From assembly GCA_050950165.1 (NCBI GenBank), contig JBMNHC010000001.1:255151-319150 (forward strand): a stretch of 64,000 nucleotides of DNA. Reading direction: 5' to 3'. The notes beneath the pieces are model-generated. The model was not told the DNA's origin. It worked only from the letters and a program-made list of their open reading frames with translations, and did no database searches. This document shows, in pieces, positions 40,925-51,451 of the stretch (positions are counted from its first letter, which is position 1; each line of letters begins with the position of its first letter). Position numbers and translations under genes: made by a program. This DNA is from Candidatus Dojkabacteria bacterium (lineage in GTDB: Bacteria > Patescibacteriota > Dojkabacteria > SC72).

Positions 40925-40953
40925 AGTATATGGGTATTTTTCAATTGTGTCAA
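40925..40953 (-). promoter_or_regulatory. sigma70 promoter of hrcA-grpE-dnaK
   Basis: TTGACA-N17-TATACT. Confidence 0.82.
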
Positions 40954-41058
40954 TAACTAGTTGAAATATATTAAAATAGACAAGCACAAAAAAAATATCT
41001 TAATAGCTAATAGATATTGTTGATTAATCACCTTATCTTTGCTATACTTTCACTCGTT

Positions 41059-41721
41059 ATGCAAAAACTAAAACTAGAAAAAAGAGAAACATTAGGTAAA
41101 AAAGTTAAAGCACTAAGAAGAGAAGGAACTATTCCTACTGTAGTATACAATACTAAGGGAGAATCTTTTAATACGAAGATTAGTAAGAAAGATGCTGAAA
41201 ATCTCTATAGACATACTACATCTACTACTATCTTAGATGCAGAATTTGAAGGAAGGGAATTCAAATGTTTGATTAAAGATTTTGACATTAACTCTCTAAC
41301 TGGAGAGATTAATCACATTTCCATATTCGAAATTGATGAAAATGCTCCAATGGTATTTACAGTACCATTTACACTAGTTGGAGTATCCCCTGCAGTAAAG
41401 AATAACTTAGGAATCTTGGTAAACACATTGGATGATATTGATGTTAAATGTCAATTAAGTAAACTACAACCGGAGATTGAAGTAGATATCTCTCAATTAA
41501 CAGAAGTAGGACAAACAATTACTGTTGAAGATATTAAACTACCAGAAGGTATGACACTGGTTAATGAAGATATGAAAACTGCAGCTATTGCTACGATAAC
41601 TGAGGCTCAGAAAGTTGAAGAAATTGAACCAGTAGTTGAAGAAGGAGAGGAAGGAGCAGAAGAGGGAGAAACAGAAGGAGAAGCACCTGCTGAGGAGGAA
41701 ACAAAAGAAGTTGCAGAGTAA
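41059..41721 (+). CDS. rplY: 50S ribosomal protein L25 (Ctc form)
   Basis: RETLGKKVKALRREGTIPTVVY, GVSPAVK, IEVDISQL..GQTITVEDIKLP, acidic tail; start corrected to ATG 41059. Confidence 0.93.
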   Translation: MQKLKLEKRETLGKKVKALRREGTIPTVVYNTKGESFNTKISKKDAENLYRHTTSTTILDAEFEGREFKCLIKDFDINSLTGEINHISIFEIDENAPMVFTVPFTLVGVSPAVKNNLGILVNTLDDIDVKCQLSKLQPEIEVDISQLTEVGQTITVEDIKLPEGMTLVNEDMKTAAIATITEAQKVEEIEPVVEEGEEGAEEGETEGEAPAEEETKEVAE

Positions 41722-41753
41722 TATAGCATCCTTTAATTAAAAGGTTTGTATAT

Positions 41754-42692
41754 ATGATTACCGTAATAATTACATCTTGGAAAGAACCCAATACCATTGG
41801 CAAATGTATAAGATGCATTGCAGATAGTAAATATTCAGGAATAACTAGACCTTTTGAAATACTACAACTATCACCAGATCAAGAAACACTAGATGCTGGT
41901 AAGAAGGTTGCAAAGGAGTTAAAACTTTCAAAGAGTGAATATATACAGATACAGGACCCTAAAAAAGGTAAACCCTTTGCTTTAAAATTAGCTATTAAAC
42001 AAGCAAAAGGAGACATCCTAATATTCACAGATGGAGATACACACTTTGAGAAACAATCTGTTAAGTATCTAATAGAGCCTTTCCAAGACAGAGAAATATA
42101 TGGTGTTAGTGGAAGACCAATATCTGCTGATACAAGAGAGGATATTTGGGGATATTGGGGTAACTTACTCTCTGATTCAGGACATCACAGAAGATCTAGA
42201 TTAATGAAAAAGGTAAAAGGAAAGAAGTATTACAAAAGTAGTAAAAGATTTTACCCAATGAGTGGATATATTATGGCAACTAGAAAACTAGATATGAATA
42301 TACCTAAAGATGTACTCTCAGATGATGCATATATCTCCTACTTCATTAGAAATATGAACAAGGAGATTGCATATACACCTAATGCAAAATGTTATGTTAG
42401 ATATCCTAAAACCTTAAGTGATTATTACAAACAGAAGGTAAGATCTATCGGTGGTTTTGTACAACTTAGAAAGTATGGAGTATTCAAAAGAGACAAACAG
42501 AGTAGAAGTTTTTTAATTGAACTACCATATGCTCTCTTTGTACTAACATATCCTAAAAATCTAAAAGAATTTATCTGGTCTTTAGCTCTCTTTCCAGTAA
42601 GACTACTAACATGGTTAAGAATATATTGGGAGAGAATTATCATACAAAAAGACTTCACTGATACATGGGTTAGAATTGAAAGTACTAAGTAA
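41754..42692 (+). CDS. Family 2 glycosyltransferase
   Basis: ITVIITSWKE, GKPFAL, GDILIFTDGD (DxD), LSDD, KQKVR. Confidence 0.85.
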   Translation: MITVIITSWKEPNTIGKCIRCIADSKYSGITRPFEILQLSPDQETLDAGKKVAKELKLSKSEYIQIQDPKKGKPFALKLAIKQAKGDILIFTDGDTHFEKQSVKYLIEPFQDREIYGVSGRPISADTREDIWGYWGNLLSDSGHHRRSRLMKKVKGKKYYKSSKRFYPMSGYIMATRKLDMNIPKDVLSDDAYISYFIRNMNKEIAYTPNAKCYVRYPKTLSDYYKQKVRSIGGFVQLRKYGVFKRDKQSRSFLIELPYALFVLTYPKNLKEFIWSLALFPVRLLTWLRIYWERIIIQKDFTDTWVRIESTK

Positions 42693-42698
42693 GAGATA

Positions 42699-43259
42699 TT
42701 AGAAATTTTCTCTCTCTAACAATCCATCCGCTATTAACATCTCACATACTTCTTGAGAACCTGGAGCAAAGAAGATTTCTCTTTTAACAAATCTATCTTT
42801 AAACTCATCTAAGGGTACATATATTACTTCTGCAACCTCTACACTGTTAAGTACAGGTTTAGAATCTACTGTTGAGAAGTAGACATATATGAATTCTCTT
42901 TCAAATCCATAATCTATTTTATATTTCTTTATGAATTTTAGCTTTACATCTAGCCCTAGTTCTTCAAACATCTCTCTTTCTGCAGTAGTTAATGGATCTT
43001 CACCATATCTAACATGACCTGCACCAGTAGCAATGATCTGATTTGGAGATGTATCTTTAGTAGTAGATCTCTTTGTTAGAAGAAGCTCTCCTTTGCTGTT
43101 GAGAAGATAAACATGAATAGTTCTGTGCCAAGGCTTACTGCTCTCATTATGACACTCCTCTCTTCTAACAGAAGATATTACATTGTCATTCTCATCTACA
43201 TGGGTAAGAAGTTCATCCTTAAGATCTGAAGGAGATGGATTGTAATATGAATTGGTCAC
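42699..43259 (-). CDS. NUDIX hydrolase (Idi/YfcD-like)
   Basis: HVDEND, WHRTIHVYLLNSKGELLL, GHVRYGEDPLTTAEREMFEELG (Nudix box); lacks the Idi catalytic Cys. Confidence 0.85.
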   Translation of the reverse strand: MTNSYYNPSPSDLKDELLTHVDENDNVISSVRREECHNESSKPWHRTIHVYLLNSKGELLLTKRSTTKDTSPNQIIATGAGHVRYGEDPLTTAEREMFEELGLDVKLKFIKKYKIDYGFEREFIYVYFSTVDSKPVLNSVEVAEVIYVPLDEFKDRFVKREIFFAPGSQEVCEMLIADGLLERENF

Positions 43260-43295
43260 AAAGAAAGTATACCAGAAAAGAAAACAGTGTAGCTA

Positions 43296-43763
43296 TTACC
43301 ACCTAAAGTGAGCAAATGCTTTGTTTGCCTCAGCCATTCTCTCTACATCACTCTTCTTTTTAATAGCGTCTCCTTCACCATTAAAAGCATCTAGTACCTC
43401 TATTCCTAAAAGCTCTTCAAAAGATTTTCCACTTTTAGATCTTGCAGAATCTACTAACCATCTGATAGCTAAAGTCTCCTGCCTTTTAGGATTAACAGGA
43501 ACAGGTATCTGGTAGTTTGCACCACCTACTCTTCTAGATCTAATCTCTAATGCAGGTCTAACATTGTCTACTGCAGTATGTACAAATTCAATAACTGGTG
43601 TTTTACTTTTTTGTGAACCAGTCTCTATTGCAGTATATACAATACTTTCTGCTATAGATTTTTTCCCTCCTTGCATTACTTTGTTGATAAGTCTACCGAT
43701 AAGTTCATCATTATACTTCCTATCTTTTGCAATTGTTCTTTTTTTAGCTCTCTTGCCTCTCAT
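43296..43763 (-). CDS. rpsG: 30S ribosomal protein S7
   Basis: GKKSIAE, RSRRVGGANYQIP, MAEANKAFAHFRW. Confidence 0.98.
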   Translation of the reverse strand: MRGKRAKKRTIAKDRKYNDELIGRLINKVMQGGKKSIAESIVYTAIETGSQKSKTPVIEFVHTAVDNVRPALEIRSRRVGGANYQIPVPVNPKRQETLAIRWLVDSARSKSGKSFEELLGIEVLDAFNGEGDAIKKKSDVERMAEANKAFAHFRW

Positions 43764-43783
43764 TTATTCATCTATTTAAATTA

Positions 43784-44197
43784 TTAACTCTCTGCTCTCT
43801 TAGCTCCATATTTAGATCTAGCCTTCTTTCTACCTTTTACTCCTGCTGCATCATATTTACCTCTAACAACGATATATTTTACACCTGGTAAATCTCTCTT
43901 CTTTCCTGCTTTAAGAAGAACAACTGAGTGCTCTTGTAAGTTATGTCCCTCTCCAGGTATATATGCTGTTACCTCCATACCGTTAGAAAGTCTTACTCTA
44001 GCGACTTTACGAAGTGCAGAGTTAGGCTTTTTAGGAGTTAAAGTTCTTACTTGCAAACATACACCTCTTTTAAAAGGGTTCTTCTCTTTCTTGTACCTAT
44101 TCTTAAGAGGGTTAAAGTTTGTAGCTAATGCTAGGTGCTTTACCTTCTCTCTCTTAGATACTCTAGGTTTTCTAACTAACTGATTAATCGTTGGCAT
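43784..44197 (-). CDS. rpsL: 30S ribosomal protein S12
   Basis: [46 protein letters not shown]. Confidence 0.98.
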   Translation of the reverse strand: MPTINQLVRKPRVSKREKVKHLALATNFNPLKNRYKKEKNPFKRGVCLQVRTLTPKKPNSALRKVARVRLSNGMEVTAYIPGEGHNLQEHSVVLLKAGKKRDLPGVKYIVVRGKYDAAGVKGRKKARSKYGAKRAES

Positions 44198-44222
44198 GGT
44201 TCGTATTATACAACAAAATCAA

Positions 44223-47200
44223 CTAAAATTTAATCTCTGGTAAATCATTTATATCCTCAATTCGAGCATCCTCTCCTGAAGGTATTCTTCTTCCAATGAT
44301 TACATTTTCTTTCATACCTCTTAGGTAATCTGTCTTACCAAGTATCGCACTGTTTGTTAATACTCTTACTTGCTCCTGGAATGACATAGCAGAAAGGAAA
44401 CTCTCTGTATACAGAGCTGATGCTTTAATACCTAATAGCTTAGGAGATATCAATACTTTTCTCTTCTCTTCCGAGAGAAGTTGATCATTTTTTGCAGAAG
44501 CGATAAATCTGTTAACAAGAGATCCTACTAGATATTCGCTATCTCCACTCTCTAAGACTTTACCTAATCTTGCCATCTGTCTGATGATAATTTCAATATG
44601 TATATCACCAATTGAAACACCCTGACTGTTAAATACCTTCTGTACTTGATCTAAGACATATTTCTGAGCTTTAAGAATACCTGCAGCATCTGCTAGCTTC
44701 TTAGGATCCACAGAACCCTCTGTTAGTTGATCACCTGCTTCTACCTCAGCACCATCTGATACTAATACAGGAATATTTGGAAGTACAGATATCATCTCCT
44801 CTGCTTTAACACTACCCTTGAGTGTAAGAATTCCTCCTTCAATTTTTGCTACTCCATCAAAAGGAGCTTGTTTTTCTACCTCATCAGAATCAATAAATAT
44901 TGCTTGAGCATTCTTTACTTCTGCACCATCTGTTACCAACACTTTCTTAGCATCAGAGATTACATAGTCTCTTGAGATATTTTTCTTTCCAACTATGGTA
45001 ATAACTGCAGAGTCATCTTCTGCTCTTTCAACACTAACTTTACCACTAATAGATGCAATCTCTGCTTCTGCTTTTGGAGATCTAGCTTCAAAGAGCTCCT
45101 CTATTCTAGGCAAACCTTGAGTAATATCTGTTGCCTGTACTCCTCCTTTATGAAAGGTCTGCATGGTCATCTGAGTACCTGGCTCACCAATAGATTGAGC
45201 TGCAATTACTCCTACTGCTTTACCCATATCTGTCTCACTACCGTTTTCAAGATTCAAGCCGTAACATTTCTTACATATTCCCATAGGGGCTTTACAAAGG
45301 ATTGGGCTTCTAACTTCAACTTCATCTACTCCTTCTTCGTCAATCTTTTTTGCAATCTCTCTAGTAATATATTCTCCTTTAGGAACAAGAACTTCTTTTT
45401 TAGAATTTACAACATCCTTTGCAACAACTCTTCCAAAGAGTCTCTGGTTATAGCCTAATCTTCTGTCATCTGATCTTTTAATTTTTAGTCCCTCTCCATT
45501 ATATCCACAGTCTTCGAAACGAACAATGACATCGTGAGCAACGTCTACTAGTTTTCTAGTTAAATATCCAGATGAAGATGTTCTAAGAGATCTGTCTGCG
45601 ATACCCTTTCTACCACCATTTGCAGCAACAAAGTACTCAAAAGCACCAAGTCCATCACGATAGTTGCCTTTAATTGGTAGTGGTACCCAGTTTCCTCTAG
45701 AGTCTCTAACTACACCCTTAATTGTTAACACCTGCCTTGCCTGAATCTTACCACCATTAGCCTTAGACTCTACCATTTCAAATACAGAGTTATTTTTATC
45801 CAATGTCTTCCAAGCTTCTTCTGCAATATCATCAGCAAAGTCATTCCACATCTCTGTAGAGAGATCAATTTTCTCTTTTTCTGTAATTAATCCCTGTAAG
45901 TAGTTCTCCTGTAACTGAAGGTCTTTGTCTTCCATCTCCTTAATTCCAGAAGCAACATCAAAGTCGATCTTACAGTCCTCGATAGCGAAAGAGAAACCTA
46001 AATCAGTAGCATACTTAAAGCCCATGTATTTAAGACTATCAAGAAGCTCTACAACTATCTCTAATTGATAATTGTTTTTTACATCATCAACTATCTCTGA
46101 GATGGTATCTCCACTAACTCTCTCATTTACAAATCTATAGCCTTCTGGTAAAGCTCTATTGAAAATACATCTTCCTGCAGAAGTTTTAACTACCTCTCCA
46201 TTAATACTTACTAGAATCTGCTCGTCTATCTTAATTACACCTCTCTCATATGCCTTTATTGCTAAGTCTGCAGAAGCAAACATTCTAGGATTTTCAACCT
46301 CATTCATATCAGTCATGAGGTAGAATCCAATTAACATATCCTTAGCAGGTGTAGCTAATACATGTCCCTGTGAGATATTTACAATATTCTTTGAAGCCAT
46401 AATATCTCTCTTTGCTTCTTCCACTGCTTCTTTTGTTAAAAGTAGGTGCACAGACATCTGGTCTCCATCAAAGTCTGCATTAAATGCTTTACATACCAAT
46501 GGGTGTAGTCTAATAGCTTCACCTTCTACAAGTCTAGGATAGAAGCCTTGAATACTATACTTATGAAGTGTAGGAGCACGGTTTAGAAGTACTGGTTTAC
46601 CATATATTACTTTTTCTAATAGGTCCCAAATAATCTCCTGCTCTTCTTCAATCATCTCTTTTGCAATCCTAACATTAGGAGCAATCTCTAGATGTAAAAG
46701 TTGGTGTATTACAAACGGTTTAAACATCTCTAAAGCAATAGATTTGGGAAGACCACACTGGTCTAACTTTAAGCTAGGGTCTCCTACAATTACTGCACGT
46801 CCAGAGTAGTCTACACGCTTACCTAGAAGATTCTTTCTAAAGATTCCTTTCTTACCTCTTAGGTCGTCTGTTAAAGATTGGTAAGGAAGTCTCTTGTTAT
46901 TCATCATCGGCTTAGATGGTCTATGAGAGTTATCTATTACAGCATCTACAGACTCTTGAAGCATCCTCTTTTCATTTCTAAGAATTACATCGGGCGCTCC
47001 TATCTCCATTAGTCTAGCTAAACGATTGTTTCTGTTTATAATTCTTCTGTACAGATCGTTTAAATCTGAAGTAGCAAATTTACCTCCTGGTAGAGGAATG
47101 ATAGGTCTTAGATCTGGAGGTAGAACAGGCAAGATATCCATTACCATCCAGCTAGGATTAATACCATTCTTTTCAAACCCCTCTAAGTATTGTATTCTTC

Positions 47201-48104
47201 TAATGGTAGACGCTTTTTTGTCTCCCTTCTCTTTCTTAGCACGTCTTCTTAGAGACTTAAGCTCTTTTTCTAAATCTAAATCTTCCAAAAGCTTCTTTAC
47301 TGCTTCTGCTCCCATCATAGCTTTAAAAAAGAGAAGGTCTCTATCCTCTAAATCAATATACTCATCCTCTGTTAGAACAGAACCTACCTCTACTTTGCTA
47401 ATAATTTGTTCAAGTTTGGTATAGAAAGCTTCTAACTCTTCAGCTCTCTCTGCATATTCTTTTCTTGTTTTTGCAATAGTCTGTTTCTTTTTATGCTCTA
47501 GTTGGTTAACTTTGAAATCAGAACTCTCTTTACTCTTTTTCAAAGATTTTAACTCTTTGTCAAAAAGAGAGGCTACTTCTTTAAGCTCTTCATCTAATTC
47601 TCCTTGTAATATATCTAACTCTTCTTTTCTTAATCTCTCTATCCTTGCAAGAGCATCTTTTCTCTGCTCGTTCTCTAACTCTACTACCATATATCTTGTG
47701 TAGTAGATTACAGAGAGAAGTTTTTTGTGAGACATATCTAAAACAATGGACATCTTGTTAGGAATACCATATGCAAACCATACATGAGCAACAGGAACTG
47801 CCAATTTAATATGTCCCATTCTTTCTCTTCTAACATCCTTTGTTGTAACTTCTACTCCACACTTGTCACAAACTATTCCCTTGTACCTAATCTTCTTGTA
47901 CTTACCACAGTAACATTCATAGTTTTTGGTAGGACCAAATATCTTTTCACAGAAAAGACCATCAGGTTCTGCTCTAAAAGTTCTGTAGTTAATAGTTTCT
48001 GCTTTTGTTACTTCTCCATATGACCAATCTAATACCTGCTCTGGAGAAGCTAGTGTAAGTTTAAGAGCATCAAAGTTTTCAAATGTATTTCTTTTGTTAT
48101 TCAT
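44223..48104 (-). CDS. rpoC: RNA polymerase beta' subunit
   Basis: ETINYRT, GLFCEKIFGP, LLGKRVDYSGR, NADFDGDQM, AAQSIGEPGTQ. Confidence 0.99.
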   Translation of the reverse strand: MNNKRNTFENFDALKLTLASPEQVLDWSYGEVTKAETINYRTFRAEPDGLFCEKIFGPTKNYECYCGKYKKIRYKGIVCDKCGVEVTTKDVRRERMGHIKLAVPVAHVWFAYGIPNKMSIVLDMSHKKLLSVIYYTRYMVVELENEQRKDALARIERLRKEELDILQGELDEELKEVASLFDKELKSLKKSKESSDFKVNQLEHKKKQTIAKTRKEYAERAEELEAFYTKLEQIISKVEVGSVLTEDEYIDLEDRDLLFFKAMMGAEAVKKLLEDLDLEKELKSLRRRAKKEKGDKKASTIRRIQYLEGFEKNGINPSWMVMDILPVLPPDLRPIIPLPGGKFATSDLNDLYRRIINRNNRLARLMEIGAPDVILRNEKRMLQESVDAVIDNSHRPSKPMMNNKRLPYQSLTDDLRGKKGIFRKNLLGKRVDYSGRAVIVGDPSLKLDQCGLPKSIALEMFKPFVIHQLLHLEIAPNVRIAKEMIEEEQEIIWDLLEKVIYGKPVLLNRAPTLHKYSIQGFYPRLVEGEAIRLHPLVCKAFNADFDGDQMSVHLLLTKEAVEEAKRDIMASKNIVNISQGHVLATPAKDMLIGFYLMTDMNEVENPRMFASADLAIKAYERGVIKIDEQILVSINGEVVKTSAGRCIFNRALPEGYRFVNERVSGDTISEIVDDVKNNYQLEIVVELLDSLKYMGFKYATDLGFSFAIEDCKIDFDVASGIKEMEDKDLQLQENYLQGLITEKEKIDLSTEMWNDFADDIAEEAWKTLDKNNSVFEMVESKANGGKIQARQVLTIKGVVRDSRGNWVPLPIKGNYRDGLGAFEYFVAANGGRKGIADRSLRTSSSGYLTRKLVDVAHDVIVRFEDCGYNGEGLKIKRSDDRRLGYNQRLFGRVVAKDVVNSKKEVLVPKGEYITREIAKKIDEEGVDEVEVRSPILCKAPMGICKKCYGLNLENGSETDMGKAVGVIAAQSIGEPGTQMTMQTFHKGGVQATDITQGLPRIEELFEARSPKAEAEIASISGKVSVERAEDDSAVITIVGKKNISRDYVISDAKKVLVTDGAEVKNAQAIFIDSDEVEKQAPFDGVAKIEGGILTLKGSVKAEEMISVLPNIPVLVSDGAEVEAGDQLTEGSVDPKKLADAAGILKAQKYVLDQVQKVFNSQGVSIGDIHIEIIIRQMARLGKVLESGDSEYLVGSLVNRFIASAKNDQLLSEEKRKVLISPKLLGIKASALYTESFLSAMSFQEQVRVLTNSAILGKTDYLRGMKENVIIGRRIPSGEDARIEDINDLPEIKF

Positions 48105-51100
48105 TACTCTACAACCTCCTCTGGATTTTTAGAAATTAATTCCATATTTAGACACAAAGCATTAAGCTCTTTTATTAACACCTTAAAGGATTCTGGTACA
48201 TTTACACTCTCTATCTTCTCTCCATGAATGATAGCTTTGTAAGCTGTTGACCTACCTTTAACATCATCTGATTTAATAGTAAGCATCTCCTGTAAGGTGT
48301 ATGGTGCACCATGTGCTTCAAGTGCCCATACTTCCATTTCTCCAAATCTCTGCCCACCTCTTTGAGCTTTTCCTCCTAAAGGCTGTTGAGTGACAGCTGT
48401 ATATGGACCAGTAGACCTAGCATGAACTTTCTCGTCAGCAATATGGTGAAGCTTAAGAATATATTTAACACCTACGGTCACTTTACGTGGGAATTTCTGA
48501 CCAGTTCTACCATCGTAAAGATCTACTTTCTGTTCCATCTTAAAGCCTTTCTTCTCCATCTCCTTTTCTAACCAAGCAATATTTACACCTTCAAAAAGAG
48601 GAAATGCAAATTTCTCCTTTAGAAGTTTTGCATACAGACCGAAGTGTACTTCTTCTGCCTGTCCCATATTCATACGTTTTAAGAATGTAGGAGTAAGAAC
48701 AATATCTACAGGCTCTCCATCTTCTGTAAACGGCATATCCTCTATTGGACGAATTGCTGCAACAGTATTCTTATCTCCATGTCTACCTGAGATTTTGTCT
48801 CCATATCCAAGTTTCTTTGTATTTGCAACCCATACCTTAACCTCTTCTAATACTCCTGGAGGTAGCTTATCTCCTTCTTCAACAGAGAGTCTCTGTGTAT
48901 GAATTACAATACCTTCTTCACCGTGTGGAAGTCTTAATGAGTTATCTCTAACATCGCTTGCAGACTCTCCAAAGATAGCTCTAAGAAGTCTCTCTTCCGC
49001 TGTTAGCTCTTTCTCTCCACGAGGTGCAATTACTCCAACTAGAATATCTCCAGCTTTAACCTTCATTCCTTCTCTAATTATTCCTGCCATATCTAGCTTC
49101 TGCAGTATCCTATCATTTACATGAGGTATATCGGAGGTAATAATTTCGGGACCTAACTCAGTATCTCTTACCTCCACTTTATGCTCTCTGATATGAACAG
49201 AGGTTAGTAAGTCATCTTTAACAATTCTTTCAGAAATTACTACAGCATCCTCATAGTTGTATCCTTCATAGAACATTAGTGCTGCTCTTAAGTTTGTCCC
49301 TATAGCTAACTCACCACCAACCATAGTGGGTCCATCAACTAATACATCTCCTTTCTTAAATTTCTGGCCTGTTTCTACGGCAGGTTTCTGACTAAAGCAT
49401 GTATTATCATTTGATCTGTAGAAAGTAGATAGATTGTAATCTACCAATCCTGCTTTCTTGTATTGAACAGATACTCTGTTAGCATCTACATATACAACTT
49501 CTCCGTCTTCCTGAGCAAATATTCCCCAGTTAGACTGTCTAGCAACAATCTCTTCTACACCTGTACCAACAAGAGGAGCCTCCTGTTTTACTAGTGGTAC
49601 ACCCTGTCTTTGCATATTTGCTCCCGCTAAGGCTCTCATAGCGTCATCATGAGAAACAAATGGGATTAATGCCATACCCAATCCAGCTTGCTGATATGTT
49701 AGTACATCAACATGTGTAGCAAGATTTACATCCTCTAAAATAAAATCTCCTTCATGTCTAACAGGTACTAAAGATTCTACAATATTGTTGTAATCATCGG
49801 TTTGTATAGAAGCGATACTAATATATCTACTCTCCTCTTCTAAAGAATCAAAATAGTCATATTCTTCGGAGATAAATGGAACAACTTTGACATCTTTAAT
49901 ATCTTTCTTCTTACTAATTTTTTCCGCTATCTCCTTAGTTATTAAAGTCCCTTTCTTTGCAATACCAGTAATATTTTCATCCAATATTCTGTTTAGGAGT
50001 TCTCCCTTACTGTTCTTTACCTTCTTTAATACTCTTCTGTATGGAGACTCCAAGAAACCATACTCATTAATTCTTGCTAAAATTGCTAACTGTGTAACAA
50101 CACCAATATTTGAGCTCTCTGGACTTGTCACAGGGTCAAACTTTGAGTACTGTGAGTTGTGAACCTCACGAATTGAAAATGTCGCTCTATCCTTAACAAT
50201 ACCTCCAGGACCTGCAGCAGTAACCTTTCTCTTGTTCTCTAATTCTGCCAATATATTAGTTTGATCCATGAAAGCAGAAAGTTGATTTGCACCAAAGAAA
50301 GATTGAATAGATGCAGCTATTGGCTTTGTACCAACAAGCATAGAAGGTGTCACTTTTGCATCCTGACCATACAAACTCATCTTGTCCCTAATATTTTTCT
50401 CTAACCTCCTAATACTAGCAAGCAGTTGTCTCTCTAATACCTCACCTACACTCCTAATTCTCCTGTTGCATAGATGATCGATATCATCAGGATTCTCTAC
50501 ACCGTTATTAATATTGATTAACTTTTTCACTATCCTGATAATGTCGTCTGGGTAGAGTACTGCCTCATCTGGATTATTCACATCGTATGAAGTCCCAAGC
50601 TTCCTATTCAATTGATATCTACCAATTTTGCCTAAATCGAATTTCCTTCTGTTAAAGAAATTACTCTTAATATATTTTTCGGCACTATCCAACGTCACAG
50701 ACTCATCTGGTCTAAGTTTGTTGTAGATACTAATAATTGCATCCTCTTTACTCTTAGTAAAATCTCTAGCTAATGTTGCTTCAATATATTTGTACTCCTC
50801 TTTAGTATCTACATCTTTAAAAAGCTTTAGTAGCTCCTGGTCACTCTCATATCCTAAAACTCTAAGAAGTTCTGTAATTAATACCCTAGGTCTTTTAGGA
50901 AGAATACGCATTGAAATTACATTGTATTTGTTTACCTCAATCTCATACCAAGGACCTCTACCAGGCATTAGTCTTGCCTTGTAAAGAGTTCTGTAAGGAA
51001 GTACATCTGCTTCTTCAAAAAGTACACCCTCTGCTCTTACAATCTGGTGTGTAACAACTCTTCTTACTCCATTTACAACAAAAGCTCCATCGTCTGTCAT

Positions 51101-51451
51101 CATGGGTAAATCTGCAACAAAAATCTCCTGCTCCTTAATCTCTCCAGTCTTGTTGTTTAGAAGCTGAACAGTTGCATATACTGGAAGCTCGTAGGAGAGA
51201 CCCTTAGCAATTGCTTCTTCAATACCTCTGTAAGGCTCTCCGTATCTAAATGACTTAAATTCCAAAGTCCACATCTTCTCCATAGTGTCCTTAACAGGAC
51301 TTATCTCTTCAAACAATCTTTGGAAACCATTCTCGTAGAAATCTTTAAACGATCTCTTCTGAGCTTCTATCAGACTTGGTATCTCAAAAGTGGAGGAAAA
51401 TCCCTTTCCTAGATTAATTCTGGAAGCTCTATTACGCTTAGGTTCTACCAT
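48104..51451 (-). CDS. rpoB: RNA polymerase beta subunit
   Basis: DDIDHL, GANMQRQ, GYNYED, GDKISGRHG, HARSTGPY, GGQRFGEMEVWALE, KSDD. Confidence 0.99.
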   Translation of the reverse strand: MVEPKRNRASRINLGKGFSSTFEIPSLIEAQKRSFKDFYENGFQRLFEEISPVKDTMEKMWTLEFKSFRYGEPYRGIEEAIAKGLSYELPVYATVQLLNNKTGEIKEQEIFVADLPMMTDDGAFVVNGVRRVVTHQIVRAEGVLFEEADVLPYRTLYKARLMPGRGPWYEIEVNKYNVISMRILPKRPRVLITELLRVLGYESDQELLKLFKDVDTKEEYKYIEATLARDFTKSKEDAIISIYNKLRPDESVTLDSAEKYIKSNFFNRRKFDLGKIGRYQLNRKLGTSYDVNNPDEAVLYPDDIIRIVKKLININNGVENPDDIDHLCNRRIRSVGEVLERQLLASIRRLEKNIRDKMSLYGQDAKVTPSMLVGTKPIAASIQSFFGANQLSAFMDQTNILAELENKRKVTAAGPGGIVKDRATFSIREVHNSQYSKFDPVTSPESSNIGVVTQLAILARINEYGFLESPYRRVLKKVKNSKGELLNRILDENITGIAKKGTLITKEIAEKISKKKDIKDVKVVPFISEEYDYFDSLEEESRYISIASIQTDDYNNIVESLVPVRHEGDFILEDVNLATHVDVLTYQQAGLGMALIPFVSHDDAMRALAGANMQRQGVPLVKQEAPLVGTGVEEIVARQSNWGIFAQEDGEVVYVDANRVSVQYKKAGLVDYNLSTFYRSNDNTCFSQKPAVETGQKFKKGDVLVDGPTMVGGELAIGTNLRAALMFYEGYNYEDAVVISERIVKDDLLTSVHIREHKVEVRDTELGPEIITSDIPHVNDRILQKLDMAGIIREGMKVKAGDILVGVIAPRGEKELTAEERLLRAIFGESASDVRDNSLRLPHGEEGIVIHTQRLSVEEGDKLPPGVLEEVKVWVANTKKLGYGDKISGRHGDKNTVAAIRPIEDMPFTEDGEPVDIVLTPTFLKRMNMGQAEEVHFGLYAKLLKEKFAFPLFEGVNIAWLEKEMEKKGFKMEQKVDLYDGRTGQKFPRKVTVGVKYILKLHHIADEKVHARSTGPYTAVTQQPLGGKAQRGGQRFGEMEVWALEAHGAPYTLQEMLTIKSDDVKGRSTAYKAIIHGEKIESVNVPESFKVLIKELNALCLNMELISKNPEEVVE

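Noticed and set aside
42699-43259. Type 1 IPP isomerase (idi)
   Set aside because: Lacks the catalytic Cys of the NxxCxHP motif; kept as a generic NUDIX hydrolase.
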